Assembly (NCBI GenBank): GCA_038321985.1
Contig: JBBQFN010000054.1
Span: forward strand, 1-23,041
DNA length: 23,041 nucleotides
Source: Cyanophyceae cyanobacterium
GTDB taxonomy: Bacteria > Cyanobacteriota > Cyanobacteriia > Cyanobacteriales > Laspinemataceae
Reading direction: 5' to 3'
The notes beneath the pieces were generated by a model. It had not been told where the DNA came from and searched no databases. It saw only the letters and a list, made by a program, of their open reading frames with translations. Numbering within the stretch: the first letter of the stretch is position 1; the number at the start of each line of letters is the position of its first letter. Both the position numbers and the translations under genes were made by a program. Below, piece after piece: positions 8,430 through 16,600 of the stretch.

Positions 8430-8657
8430 TTATTGCGGCGTCTGCTGGAGTTCCGGTCGTTCTTCTGCAATGATTGCCCCTTCTACCGGACAAACTTGCA
8501 CACAAATACCGCAGTCAATACAAGTGGAAAAATCAATCCAATACCAATCAGTCCCCTTAACATTTTTCCCCGGACCCTCATGAATGCAGGCCACCGGACA
8601 AGCATCGACACAATCGGCGACGCCTTCGCAGGTATTGGTCACTATAGTATGTGGCAC
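8430..8657 (-). CDS. Bacterial-type dicluster ferredoxin ([3Fe-4S]+[4Fe-4S]), cyanobacterial Fed8-like, 75 aa
   Basis: GTG start at 8657 (MPHTIVT) with AGAGGA RBS at 8669-8664. Cluster motifs CEGVADCVDACP (second Cys missing) and CIDCGICVQVCP. Confidence 0.92.
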   Translation of the reverse strand: MPHTIVTNTCEGVADCVDACPVACIHEGPGKNVKGTDWYWIDFSTCIDCGICVQVCPVEGAIIAEERPELQQTPQ

Positions 8658-8815
8658 AGCGTTTCCTCTTTTACAGTTTATTGGCAGTCCTCCACAGACT
8701 GCTCTATCAATCTTGGATCTTAATCCAAAAGGGGACGGGATGGGCACAGGGTTGCCCGTCAATCCCCTCTCTAGAGAACCGTAGACCCTTCCTGGGGGAT
8801 TGGAAACCTGGGTGG

Positions 8816-11800
8816 TTATCTAGGCAGGACTTCACAGGGGAGGAGGACGCTAAAACGGGAACCGGAGGAGATTTGGCTTTCCACGGCGATTTCACCCCCC
8901 ATCATTTGGCAGAAACGTTGGCTAATTGCCAGTCCCAATCCAGTGCCCCCATACTCCCGAGTGGTAGAGGCATCCCCTTGGGTAAAGGGTTTGAACAAAT
9001 GCTCCTGTTGTTCTGCGGTAATGCCGATGCCGGTATCGGCGATCATAAACTCAATCCAGGAGGAGGATTCCCCGGTTACTTGCTCGGCAGATCTGGGATT
9101 ATTCGGTCCCATTAAGCCAACCCTGAGGGTTATCTGCCCGTTTTTGGTAAATTTGGCGGCATTGCTGAGAAGATTGAGCAGGATTTGCCGAACTTTCGTG
9201 ACGTCAGCATACATCACGCCCAAGTTGCGATCGCACTCCAATTTCAGGGTATTGTGATTTTTTTCAATTAAAGGTTGAGCCGTCATCACCACATTTTCAA
9301 TCAGCTCCTCCACATGGAAATCCTCCAAATACAAATCCATCTTTCCGGCTTCAATTTTGGAGATATCCAAAATATCGTTAATTAAAACCAGCAGATGATT
9401 GCCGGCAATGCGAATTTTTTCCAAATCCGCGATCAAGTCACTGTAGCCAAAATCATCCGCTTCTTCTTGCAGCATTTCGCTATAGCCGATAATTGCATTC
9501 AGTGGCGTTCGCAATTCATGGCTCATATTTGCCAGAAACATACTTTTAGAGCGATTTGCCATTTCCGCTGTGTAAGCAGCCTCTTGGAGGGCGAGTTGGG
9601 CCAACTTGCGATCGCTGATATCCATCACAGTCCCGATACTTCTAATTGCTTGTCGTGTGGCATCCCGAATCACTTCCCCTTGAGCACTCAACCAGCGCAA
9701 CTCCCCGGTATCCAGACGAATGCGCTGTTCGATTTCAAAGCGTTCTGAGGCAGAGGAAAGAATCTCGGCGATCGCCTCTTCAACTCGGCTTCTATCCTCC
9801 GGATCAATGGCTTGCAAATAGGTTTCATAGTCCCCATCAAACGACCCCGGCACGAAACCATACAGGGCTTCCATCTCAGCCGAACCTGTTAATTTATGGT
9901 TGAGAATATCCCAATTCCACGTCCCCATCCGAGCTGCAATTAAGCATTGGCGCAGTTGGTCTTTGCTAGCTTTTAAGGCAATTTGAACTTGTTCTCGATG
10001 GAGCACTTCAATTTGCAAGCGATCGTTGGCTTCTTTTAAAAAAGCTGTCCGTTCCTGCACCCGCCGTTCTAGTTCATCTTTTGACTGTTGCAGAGCCGTT
10101 TCTGCATTCTTGCGTTCGGTAATATCTCGGCTAATCCCAATCATTCCCACAATTTCCCCATTTAGGTCAAAAAATGGAGTCTGAATTGTTTCTAGCCAAG
10201 AATAACTCCCATCGGACTGCTCAAGTTCCTCCTCCACTCGCAACAGTTGACCCTCGGCCAAAACTTGCCGGTCGATTGCGGCGCAAATTTTCGCCGCCTC
10301 GGCGGAAAATAATTCGGTATCGGTTTTTCCAATAATCTCGCTCTCCTGGCGGGAGGCGAACTGTTGAAAGGCTTTATTCACCCGTTGATAAACGCTCTTT
10401 TTATCTTTATAAAAAATTAAGTCGGGAATAGAATCAATTAAAGAGCGAAGTAAGGCCCGTTCTTGTCGGAGGGCTTTTTCAGTCTGTTTGAGTTCGCTGA
10501 TATCAATTCCTACACAAACTGCCGCATTGCCCTGATTATATTTCTCCGCTCCCAGCAAATATTGCCGGAGGTTTCCCTCAATGTCTAAGCTGATTTCGGC
10601 AGTGGTTTTATGAGGTGAACTTTCAAAAAAATGCTGTAAAAAGTCAGGAAATTCTCCCCGAGTTTGGAGAAAGCCCACCTCTTGATTGATAAACTCCCCA
10701 GGCGATCGCCCAAACAGATGAGCCAGGTAGCGGTTAACCCCGAGATAGCGCAGATCTGAGCCGATCCAAGACACACATCCGGGCACTGTATCTAACACTG
10801 CTTGCAAGCGATCAAGGGCTTTTTCTAAATTGACTCGGGCTTGAGCGCGATCGTGGGCTTCCAACCCCAAGGCGACACAATCCCCCAGAGAACCGGCGAA
10901 ATTTTCCTCTTCTACGGACCAATGGCGAGGGGGGCCAATATGTTCGAGACAAACCACCCCCACCATCTGTCCGCCTACGCGAATCGGTGCATCTAACATC
11001 GAAGTAATGCCCAAGGGAATCAAATAACCCAGGGTAAATTCTCGGGTTTTGTCATCTTCCTGGGCGTAATCCGCCACTACAATCCGCTCCTTTTCTATGG
11101 TTTGAAAATAAACCGGATAATCCACTGCGGTTAGTTCTATTCCCGCGGAATGCTGTTCGGGGGACTTTTGATAAAGTTCAATACAGCGAATCGCCGTACG
11201 GGTTTCATTATAAAGCCAGATGCTAGCCCGTTCGACTTGTAGGGTTTGAGTTACAGCTTCGGCGATTTGTTCAAGGGAGGCTTGTAAATCCCCTTGATTG
11301 AGGCTGGGACTTTTCGCCAACTCCGCCAGGACCCTACTATATTGGCGCAGACGATTCTCCCGTTGGCGCAAGGTGGCTTCGGCGCGTTTTTGTTCGGTAA
11401 TATCGCTGAAGGTACAGAGGACCTGTTCGACGCGGCCATCAGTGGCGATTTGAGGATTGGCATGGACGAGTAGCCATTTCTCACAATCCCTCTGGCAGTA
11501 AGACCCTGGGGGTGATTCAGGGGTAGGACTGGGGTTGAGGATGAGTTGGGACTCAACAGCGATGCCGATAATAACTTTAGTTGGGGATTGGGTGGCGATC
11601 GCCTCCATGATGGGACATTTTCCCAGGGCAAAAGGGGTGCAGTCTTCTTGCAACAGGTGGGGATGGTCATCAAACAAGGGCTTGCCTATGACTTGGGCTT
11701 CGTCAAGACTTAGCAGGGTCAAGGCAATGGGATTGGTGACCCGGACCTCCGCCTCGGGTCCTGTCAACACAACCCCGACATCCATCTGGGCAATCAGGTT

Positions 11801-11947
11801 CAGAAACTGCGGTTCCAACGATCCAGGGCTGTCGTTGATCGGGTTTTTGCGCCGGAATTTGAGAGCAGTCGCCAGGGGTACCCCTGCGCTTACTGCACTA
11901 ATCCCTAAAGCTATCCCGATCGTTAGTGCAATTGCAACCCAAATCAT
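8816..11947 (-). CDS. Membrane-anchored multi-sensor histidine kinase (TM, PAS, GAF, three further PAS, HisKA-HATPase; no C-terminal receiver)
   Basis: Hydrophobic N-terminus; PAS C-terminal motifs DITEQK, DISELK, DITERK, DISDRK; GAF segment SMLDAPI...GVVCLEH; H-box FLANMSHELRTPLNAIIG; NLLSNAAKFT, DTGIGI, GGTGLGL. Confidence 0.93.
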   Translation of the reverse strand: MIWVAIALTIGIALGISAVSAGVPLATALKFRRKNPINDSPGSLEPQFLNLIAQMDVGVVLTGPEAEVRVTNPIALTLLSLDEAQVIGKPLFDDHPHLLQEDCTPFALGKCPIMEAIATQSPTKVIIGIAVESQLILNPSPTPESPPGSYCQRDCEKWLLVHANPQIATDGRVEQVLCTFSDITEQKRAEATLRQRENRLRQYSRVLAELAKSPSLNQGDLQASLEQIAEAVTQTLQVERASIWLYNETRTAIRCIELYQKSPEQHSAGIELTAVDYPVYFQTIEKERIVVADYAQEDDKTREFTLGYLIPLGITSMLDAPIRVGGQMVGVVCLEHIGPPRHWSVEEENFAGSLGDCVALGLEAHDRAQARVNLEKALDRLQAVLDTVPGCVSWIGSDLRYLGVNRYLAHLFGRSPGEFINQEVGFLQTRGEFPDFLQHFFESSPHKTTAEISLDIEGNLRQYLLGAEKYNQGNAAVCVGIDISELKQTEKALRQERALLRSLIDSIPDLIFYKDKKSVYQRVNKAFQQFASRQESEIIGKTDTELFSAEAAKICAAIDRQVLAEGQLLRVEEELEQSDGSYSWLETIQTPFFDLNGEIVGMIGISRDITERKNAETALQQSKDELERRVQERTAFLKEANDRLQIEVLHREQVQIALKASKDQLRQCLIAARMGTWNWDILNHKLTGSAEMEALYGFVPGSFDGDYETYLQAIDPEDRSRVEEAIAEILSSASERFEIEQRIRLDTGELRWLSAQGEVIRDATRQAIRSIGTVMDISDRKLAQLALQEAAYTAEMANRSKSMFLANMSHELRTPLNAIIGYSEMLQEEADDFGYSDLIADLEKIRIAGNHLLVLINDILDISKIEAGKMDLYLEDFHVEELIENVVMTAQPLIEKNHNTLKLECDRNLGVMYADVTKVRQILLNLLSNAAKFTKNGQITLRVGLMGPNNPRSAEQVTGESSSWIEFMIADTGIGITAEQQEHLFKPFTQGDASTTREYGGTGLGLAISQRFCQMMGGEIAVESQISSGSRFSVLLPCEVLPR

Positions 11948-12034
11948 TATTGATTGACTCCTAACCGATTGGCGGGGTTTTGTTTTGGCGGTTTCCCCCC
12001 TAGGAACAGACCCTGGATTCGTTAGATGCTGGCG

Positions 12035-13270
12035 TTATCCCACGATTTCGATTTCTGCTTCCCCTTCCCCTGCAATCCAGGCAATTTGGGCAATCCCGCG
12101 ATCGCGTGCATATTCACGGACGGAGGCCTGACTTTTCTGGGCCGCTAAATCCACTTCTACCGGAACGAACTCCCCACCCTGACGCAGGGTTTGGGCGTGA
12201 GCAAAAGCCGCAGCGTAGGCGCGGGGGTTAGTGGGAACCACTAAGGTATGAGTGGCGGGTATTGTGGTCGGCAGTTGACCCGTTGGCAGCAGGAGTTGAT
12301 GCAAGTTTTCCAAATTCAGGGCAAAACCAATCCCCGGGATGATTTCTCCTTGGGGATGATATAGGCTTAACAGGCGATCGTAGCGCCCTCCCTGACCGAG
12401 GGATTGCTGTCCGAACTCAGTTTCACTGACCACTTCAAAGACTATGCCGGTGTAGTAATCCATTGGTCGAATCAGACTCAGATCCAGGATCGGGGGAGGG
12501 GTACTGCCACCGTTGGAGTTAGACGAGTCTTCTAACAAGTCAATTAAGGACTTGAGATTTTCCAGGGTTTCCCGTTCCGCCTGTTCCAATTCCAACTCAC
12601 CCACCCGTTGCAAGACATCCTCCGGACGACCCCGCAGATCTAACAAAAATAAGGCTCGTTCCTGTTGTGCTGGCGTTAAGGGGAGAGCTTCCAAGGTGAG
12701 GCGATCAAGATGGGCGATCGCTTGGCGTACCTTATTTTGGAGAGGTTCTGGGAAGGTCCGCAGTAAGGAACGAGTTAACCCGGATTCTCCTAAAATGAGT
12801 CGGCACTGGTGCAGCCCTAGATTCTGCAAACAGTCCTGTAATAGCAGTAAAATTTCTGCATCCGCCAGCAATCCGCCCACGCCTAGCAGTTCTACCCCCG
12901 CTTGATAAAATTCCTGCTGACTACCGTGAGAGCTGTTTTTACCGCGCCGAAATACGTTGGCATTGTAATAGAGACGCTGCGGCAAAGTCGTGTCCATCAT
13001 CCGAGTGACGGCGGTGCGGGCGATCGAGGCCGTCAGTTCGGGACGCAGGGCCAGGGGACTATCCTCCTCCCGTTCCTGGAGTTGAATCACCGTTGACTGG
13101 GCGATCGCACCTCCAGCCATTAAAGTCTCTAACCGCTCTATCGTGGAAGTGATAATTCGGTGATATCCCCACCCCTCAAATACCGGGCGCAGCCGCTTTT
13201 CTATCCAACGTTTTTGGGTAACGTCGAGGGGCAGTAAATCCCTGGCCCCGGCGGGAGGTTGATGAATCAT
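12035..13270 (-). CDS. hisZ: ATP phosphoribosyltransferase regulatory subunit
   Basis: HisRS-like motifs PPAGARDLLP, LRPELTASIAR, EFYQAGVEL, YYTGIVFE and GGRYD. 4-bp ATGA overlap with the upstream J-domain gene. Confidence 0.95.
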   Translation of the reverse strand: MIHQPPAGARDLLPLDVTQKRWIEKRLRPVFEGWGYHRIITSTIERLETLMAGGAIAQSTVIQLQEREEDSPLALRPELTASIARTAVTRMMDTTLPQRLYYNANVFRRGKNSSHGSQQEFYQAGVELLGVGGLLADAEILLLLQDCLQNLGLHQCRLILGESGLTRSLLRTFPEPLQNKVRQAIAHLDRLTLEALPLTPAQQERALFLLDLRGRPEDVLQRVGELELEQAERETLENLKSLIDLLEDSSNSNGGSTPPPILDLSLIRPMDYYTGIVFEVVSETEFGQQSLGQGGRYDRLLSLYHPQGEIIPGIGFALNLENLHQLLLPTGQLPTTIPATHTLVVPTNPRAYAAAFAHAQTLRQGGEFVPVEVDLAAQKSQASVREYARDRGIAQIAWIAGEGEAEIEIVG

Positions 13271-14214
13271 TTTTTCTTTTTCCCCGCAAACAAACTACCG
13301 AGGAAAGTGGCAAAGGGAGATTTTTTGTCTTTCTCTCGCGCCGCTTTTTGGGCCTGCTTTTGCATTTCTTTTTTCGCTTCTAACGCTGATTCTTCTTCCG
13401 GATTTAAATTCAAGGCTTGATTGATGTGGACTTTAGCCAGGGTAGCCTGATTTTTCTTCAGATACGCTTGGCCTAGCAATCCATGGGCCCGGCTGTTTTT
13501 AGGTTGAATTTTCAACCCTTCTTTTAACTCATTGACTGCCCCATCAAAATCTCCCCCAGCTATGAAATTTTCCGCCCGACGGCAATAATTATCAATTTTG
13601 GAGGGAGCGGCTTTTTCGGGGGGCGCGGCCGGTTCCGCCTCTACTGGCTGACTTTCTTGGGCTTTCTTTTTCTTCTCGGCGGCAGCTTTGCCCGCTTTTG
13701 TAGAATCTGAAGCAGGCTTGCCCACGCTTTCTCCTTGACTTTCTTTCCGTTGCAGATAGACCAAATTCAGCTCGCTGAGTTGTCCAATTGTATCAAGAGT
13801 TTGAGTCAAGGTTTCATACGCCTGTTTCCCTAATTTTGTGACGGATTCTTTATAGTCCGTTTCAAAATTTTGGGATTTTAGTAACAGTTGGGCGGCTTCA
13901 CTTTTGAGCTTAACTTTGTCTTTTTCCTGAATTAATCGTTTGCCCATCATCCCCAGCAAAACCCCATGTTCGGCACGATCGCGTTCATTGGTGAGTTTGC
14001 TGTAAGCCGGATTTGCCAATTTTGACAAAATCTGAGTGGCGAGCTTTTTATCCCCTGGACTTTCTACCTTAGAACTGTCCGGATGCAGTCGCCGTGCAAT
14101 CAACATATAACGCTTGCGGATTTCATTAAAATCCGCATCAAGAGGTACCCCCAAGATAGCGTGGTGGTCCTCGAAATCAAATTGAAATAAGCCTTGCTTG
14201 ATGTTCAATGACAT
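13267..14214 (-). CDS. J-domain (type III DnaJ-like) protein with C-terminal TPRs
   Basis: DHHAILGV...IRKRYMLIARRLHPD with an intact HPD motif; C-terminal TPR-like helices (AHGLLGQAYLK...ALNLNP). Confidence 0.9.
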   Translation of the reverse strand: MSLNIKQGLFQFDFEDHHAILGVPLDADFNEIRKRYMLIARRLHPDSSKVESPGDKKLATQILSKLANPAYSKLTNERDRAEHGVLLGMMGKRLIQEKDKVKLKSEAAQLLLKSQNFETDYKESVTKLGKQAYETLTQTLDTIGQLSELNLVYLQRKESQGESVGKPASDSTKAGKAAAEKKKKAQESQPVEAEPAAPPEKAAPSKIDNYCRRAENFIAGGDFDGAVNELKEGLKIQPKNSRAHGLLGQAYLKKNQATLAKVHINQALNLNPEEESALEAKKEMQKQAQKAAREKDKKSPFATFLGSLFAGKKKK

Positions 14215-14349
14215 AGTAAAATGCCCATCCCCTGGCTGTAACCTTATCTTTAGTGTACTTCGCCCTTGTCATTGCAGGGCGATCGCTGTCACCGTCGGGC
14301 GTCGATACCCTGGGTGTGCCTTGAGGCGTTAGCCCCTGTCGAACTGGAA

Positions 14350-15177
14350 TTAGGGGTTAGCCCACCGTTCTAAGGGACTTACGCCTATGAGTTCCTGACT
14401 CAGACTCTCATGCAGTTTCCCGTTAGTGGCTAAAATTCGTCCGGAGTCGATTTGCCAGGGACTGCCATCATAAGCGGTGATTTTTCCCCCCGCTTCCGAT
14501 AAAATAACCACCCCGGCTGCTAAATCCCAGGGAGATAGCCCTCTTTCCCAGTATCCATCCAAACGACCGCAACTGACGTAACACAGATCGATGGAGGCTG
14601 ATCCGGTGCGGCGTACCCCTTGGGTCAGATGAGTCAGGTGACAAAATTCGGCATAGTTATTATCTGCGGTTTCCCGGCGATCGTAGGCAAAGCCAGTCAC
14701 TAATAAGCTGTTTCGTAGTTCTTCCGTTTGGGAGACGCGAATCGGTTGCCGGTTACGGGTTGCTCCCAGTCCCTTAGCAGCCCGAAATAATTCGTTATGA
14801 AAGGGGTCAAACACCACTCCCACTTGGGGGATGCCATTAATCAATAATCCGACAGAGACGCCAAAGGGGGGATATTGATGGGCAAAATTAGTCGTGCCAT
14901 CCAAGGGGTCGATCGCCCACAGATATGGGCTGGTACTATCTCCGAGTTTGCCGCTTTCTTCGGCGAGAATGCCATGTTCTGGAACGTGCCGTCTGAGCAC
15001 CTCCAAAATGGCTTTTTCCGAGGCTTTATCCGCTGCGGTGACTAAATCCCCCGGTCGTCCTTTTTCTTCGATCGCGTTTAAGTTCCCCCAGTAGGATTGA
15101 ACGATCGCCCCCGCGTCTTGGGCAGCTTCTGTAGCAATGTCAAGAAAGATTTGTAGTTGTTCGGGGCTATGATTCAT
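14350..15177 (-). CDS. suhB: Inositol monophosphatase family protein (SuhB/IMPL1-like)
   Basis: Motifs DLVTAADKASE, ILAEE, WAIDPLDGTTNFAH, RRTGSASIDL and WDLAAG. Confidence 0.9.
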   Translation of the reverse strand: MNHSPEQLQIFLDIATEAAQDAGAIVQSYWGNLNAIEEKGRPGDLVTAADKASEKAILEVLRRHVPEHGILAEESGKLGDSTSPYLWAIDPLDGTTNFAHQYPPFGVSVGLLINGIPQVGVVFDPFHNELFRAAKGLGATRNRQPIRVSQTEELRNSLLVTGFAYDRRETADNNYAEFCHLTHLTQGVRRTGSASIDLCYVSCGRLDGYWERGLSPWDLAAGVVILSEAGGKITAYDGSPWQIDSGRILATNGKLHESLSQELIGVSPLERWANP

Positions 15178-15206
15178 GAAATTTTTAATAGTGTTTAATT
15201 TAAATT

Positions 15207-15725
15207 TTAGGGACGATTGCGCCGAAATTCACTCGGGTGCAAGCGCAAAGGGGTTTGGGAATCCCAAATTCCCTCTCCCATAATTCTGGCCTTTTCCTGA
15301 GCCTGAGCAAAGCGGCGATCATACTTGAGGTTGGGCGATCGCACCGCAGCCAAAACGTATCCACCGGCAATTAGTTCTTCATTAACCAGTTTTCCATCCC
15401 GCCATACATAAGCCAAGTGGCGATCATATTCATCTTCCACTTCTACATCCCATTCTAATACGAGGGTCTGCCCCTGTATTAGCCGTTCCAGTTGTTGTTT
15501 GGCGGCATTTCCCCAAGGGTCTTGCTGCAAATCCGGTGCTTCTATCCCAATCAACCGGACCCGCTTAGTTCCGGGGCTGGATTGGCTCAAGTCCCGCACG
15601 TCTAAAGTGTTGCCACTAATGACGCGCTCAACCGTGACTTGTAAGTGTTGGGGAGGAACTGGGGATGAACAGCTAATCAGGAACAGAAGCCCCATCAAGA
15701 ATACCGAACCACGAAAAAATTTCAT
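15207..15725 (-). CDS. Thermonuclease (SNase-like) family predicted lipoprotein
   Basis: Lipobox-like LISC; motifs VRLIGIEAPD, DEYDRHLAYVW, LVNEELIAGGY and AQEKARIMGEGIW. Confidence 0.88.
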   Translation of the reverse strand: MKFFRGSVFLMGLLFLISCSSPVPPQHLQVTVERVISGNTLDVRDLSQSSPGTKRVRLIGIEAPDLQQDPWGNAAKQQLERLIQGQTLVLEWDVEVEDEYDRHLAYVWRDGKLVNEELIAGGYVLAAVRSPNLKYDRRFAQAQEKARIMGEGIWDSQTPLRLHPSEFRRNRP

Positions 15726-15746
15726 AGGGCCTGTTTTCTATCGGGT

Positions 15747-16115
15747 TTAATCCTCGTCTAAAGGCAGCCCGAAGCGGACTTTGCCTTTGCCAAAGTAGCG
15801 CCCGAATTGGAGATAGTACACTTCATCTTCATCTTGGGTTTCTACTTCTAAGTCTGAACGAGGGTAGCTTACGCACAGGAGGGCATAACCTTGATCGCGC
15901 AGGGCTGGAGAGAGTCCCATTGCCTCAGGTTGATGGATTTCTCCAGAGAGTACACGCACGGCGCAGGTGGTACAAGCCCCATTCCGACAGGAAAAAGGCA
16001 GGTCCACCCCTTTGTTTTCGCAATGTTGGAGGATATAGCGGTCTTCGGGGACCTCAACGGTTTGGCGGCTGCCATTCTGACGATTGTGGATGGTGATGCG
16101 ATAAGAACGGGTCAT
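15747..16115 (-). CDS. [2Fe-2S] ferredoxin with C-terminal extension, Fed2/FdC2 family
   Basis: LPFSCRNGACTTCA...ALLCVSYPRSD plus the QFGRYF...GLPLDED tail characteristic of Fed2/FdC2. Confidence 0.92.
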   Translation of the reverse strand: MTRSYRITIHNRQNGSRQTVEVPEDRYILQHCENKGVDLPFSCRNGACTTCAVRVLSGEIHQPEAMGLSPALRDQGYALLCVSYPRSDLEVETQDEDEVYYLQFGRYFGKGKVRFGLPLDED

Positions 16116-16309
16116 GGTGTAGCTCAGTAATAAATTCTGGATTCGACCAAAGGATCTAACGCTTAGGTTACGCTATCTTTGACGTCGGGAGCTACTGGCT
16201 CATCGGCTTAGCGATCGGGTCATAATTTGCCAAACCGTTACCTATGGGTCATTTTCCCTCCTGTAACCCTGACTGAATACCGAGATAAAAAATTTTTTTC
16301 CAAAAGGGT

Positions 16310-16338
16310 TTGCAAAACCGAGGGGGTTCTGCTAGGAT
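16310..16338 (+). promoter_or_regulatory. Sigma70-type promoter for tRNA-Ser
   Basis: TTGCAA (16310-16315), 17-bp spacer, TG-extended TAGGAT (16333-16338), about 40 nt upstream of the tRNA. Confidence 0.6.
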
Positions 16339-16380
16339 ATGATTCTTGTGGGTATAAATTTGCATAAACCCCATTTCCCT

Positions 16381-16467
16381 GGAGAGGTGGCCGAGCGGTT
16401 GAAGGCGCAGCACTGGAAATGCTGTTTAGGGGTAACTTTAACGAGGGTTCGAATCCCTCCCTCTCCG
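16381..16467 (+). tRNA. tRNA-Ser (anticodon GGA)
   Basis: Acceptor stem GGAGAGG/CCTCTCC plus discriminator G; D-arm GCCGAGCGGTTGAAGGC; anticodon arm CAGCA-CTGGAAA-TGCTG (GGA at 16415-16417); long variable arm; T-arm GGTTCGAATCC. CCA is not encoded. Confidence 0.98.
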
Positions 16468-16494
16468 TTGCCTAAGAATCCCTTCTTAAATGAC

Positions 16495-16535
16495 AAAGAA
16501 AACCAGCGATCACTTGATCGCTGGTTTTCTTTTTT
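16495..16535. terminator. Bidirectional intrinsic terminator between tRNA-Ser and sepJ
   Basis: Perfect 18-bp inverted repeat AAAGAAAACCAGCGATCA-ct-TGATCGCTGGTTTTCTTT (16495-16532) with T-rich tails on both strands. Confidence 0.85.
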
Positions 16536-16600
16536 CCCACAAGTTGGGGGGTCCGGCACCAGAGACGCTTGAGTAAGAACGTCCCTGTCCTTGAATCGCT

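Noticed and set aside
8658..8762. 35-aa N-terminal extension of the ferredoxin in the ORF track
   Set aside because: A good RBS precedes GTG 8657 and family similarity starts at MPHTIVT; the extension overlaps an intergenic hairpin.
10850..11300. GAF domain as a possible cyanobacteriochrome, or PAS domains as LOV
   Set aside because: No bilin-binding Cys-His or Asp motif, and no NCRFLQ.
16381..16600. tRNA-Ser as an island integration site
   Set aside because: No integrase and no duplicated tRNA 3' end; flanked directly by a terminator and sepJ.
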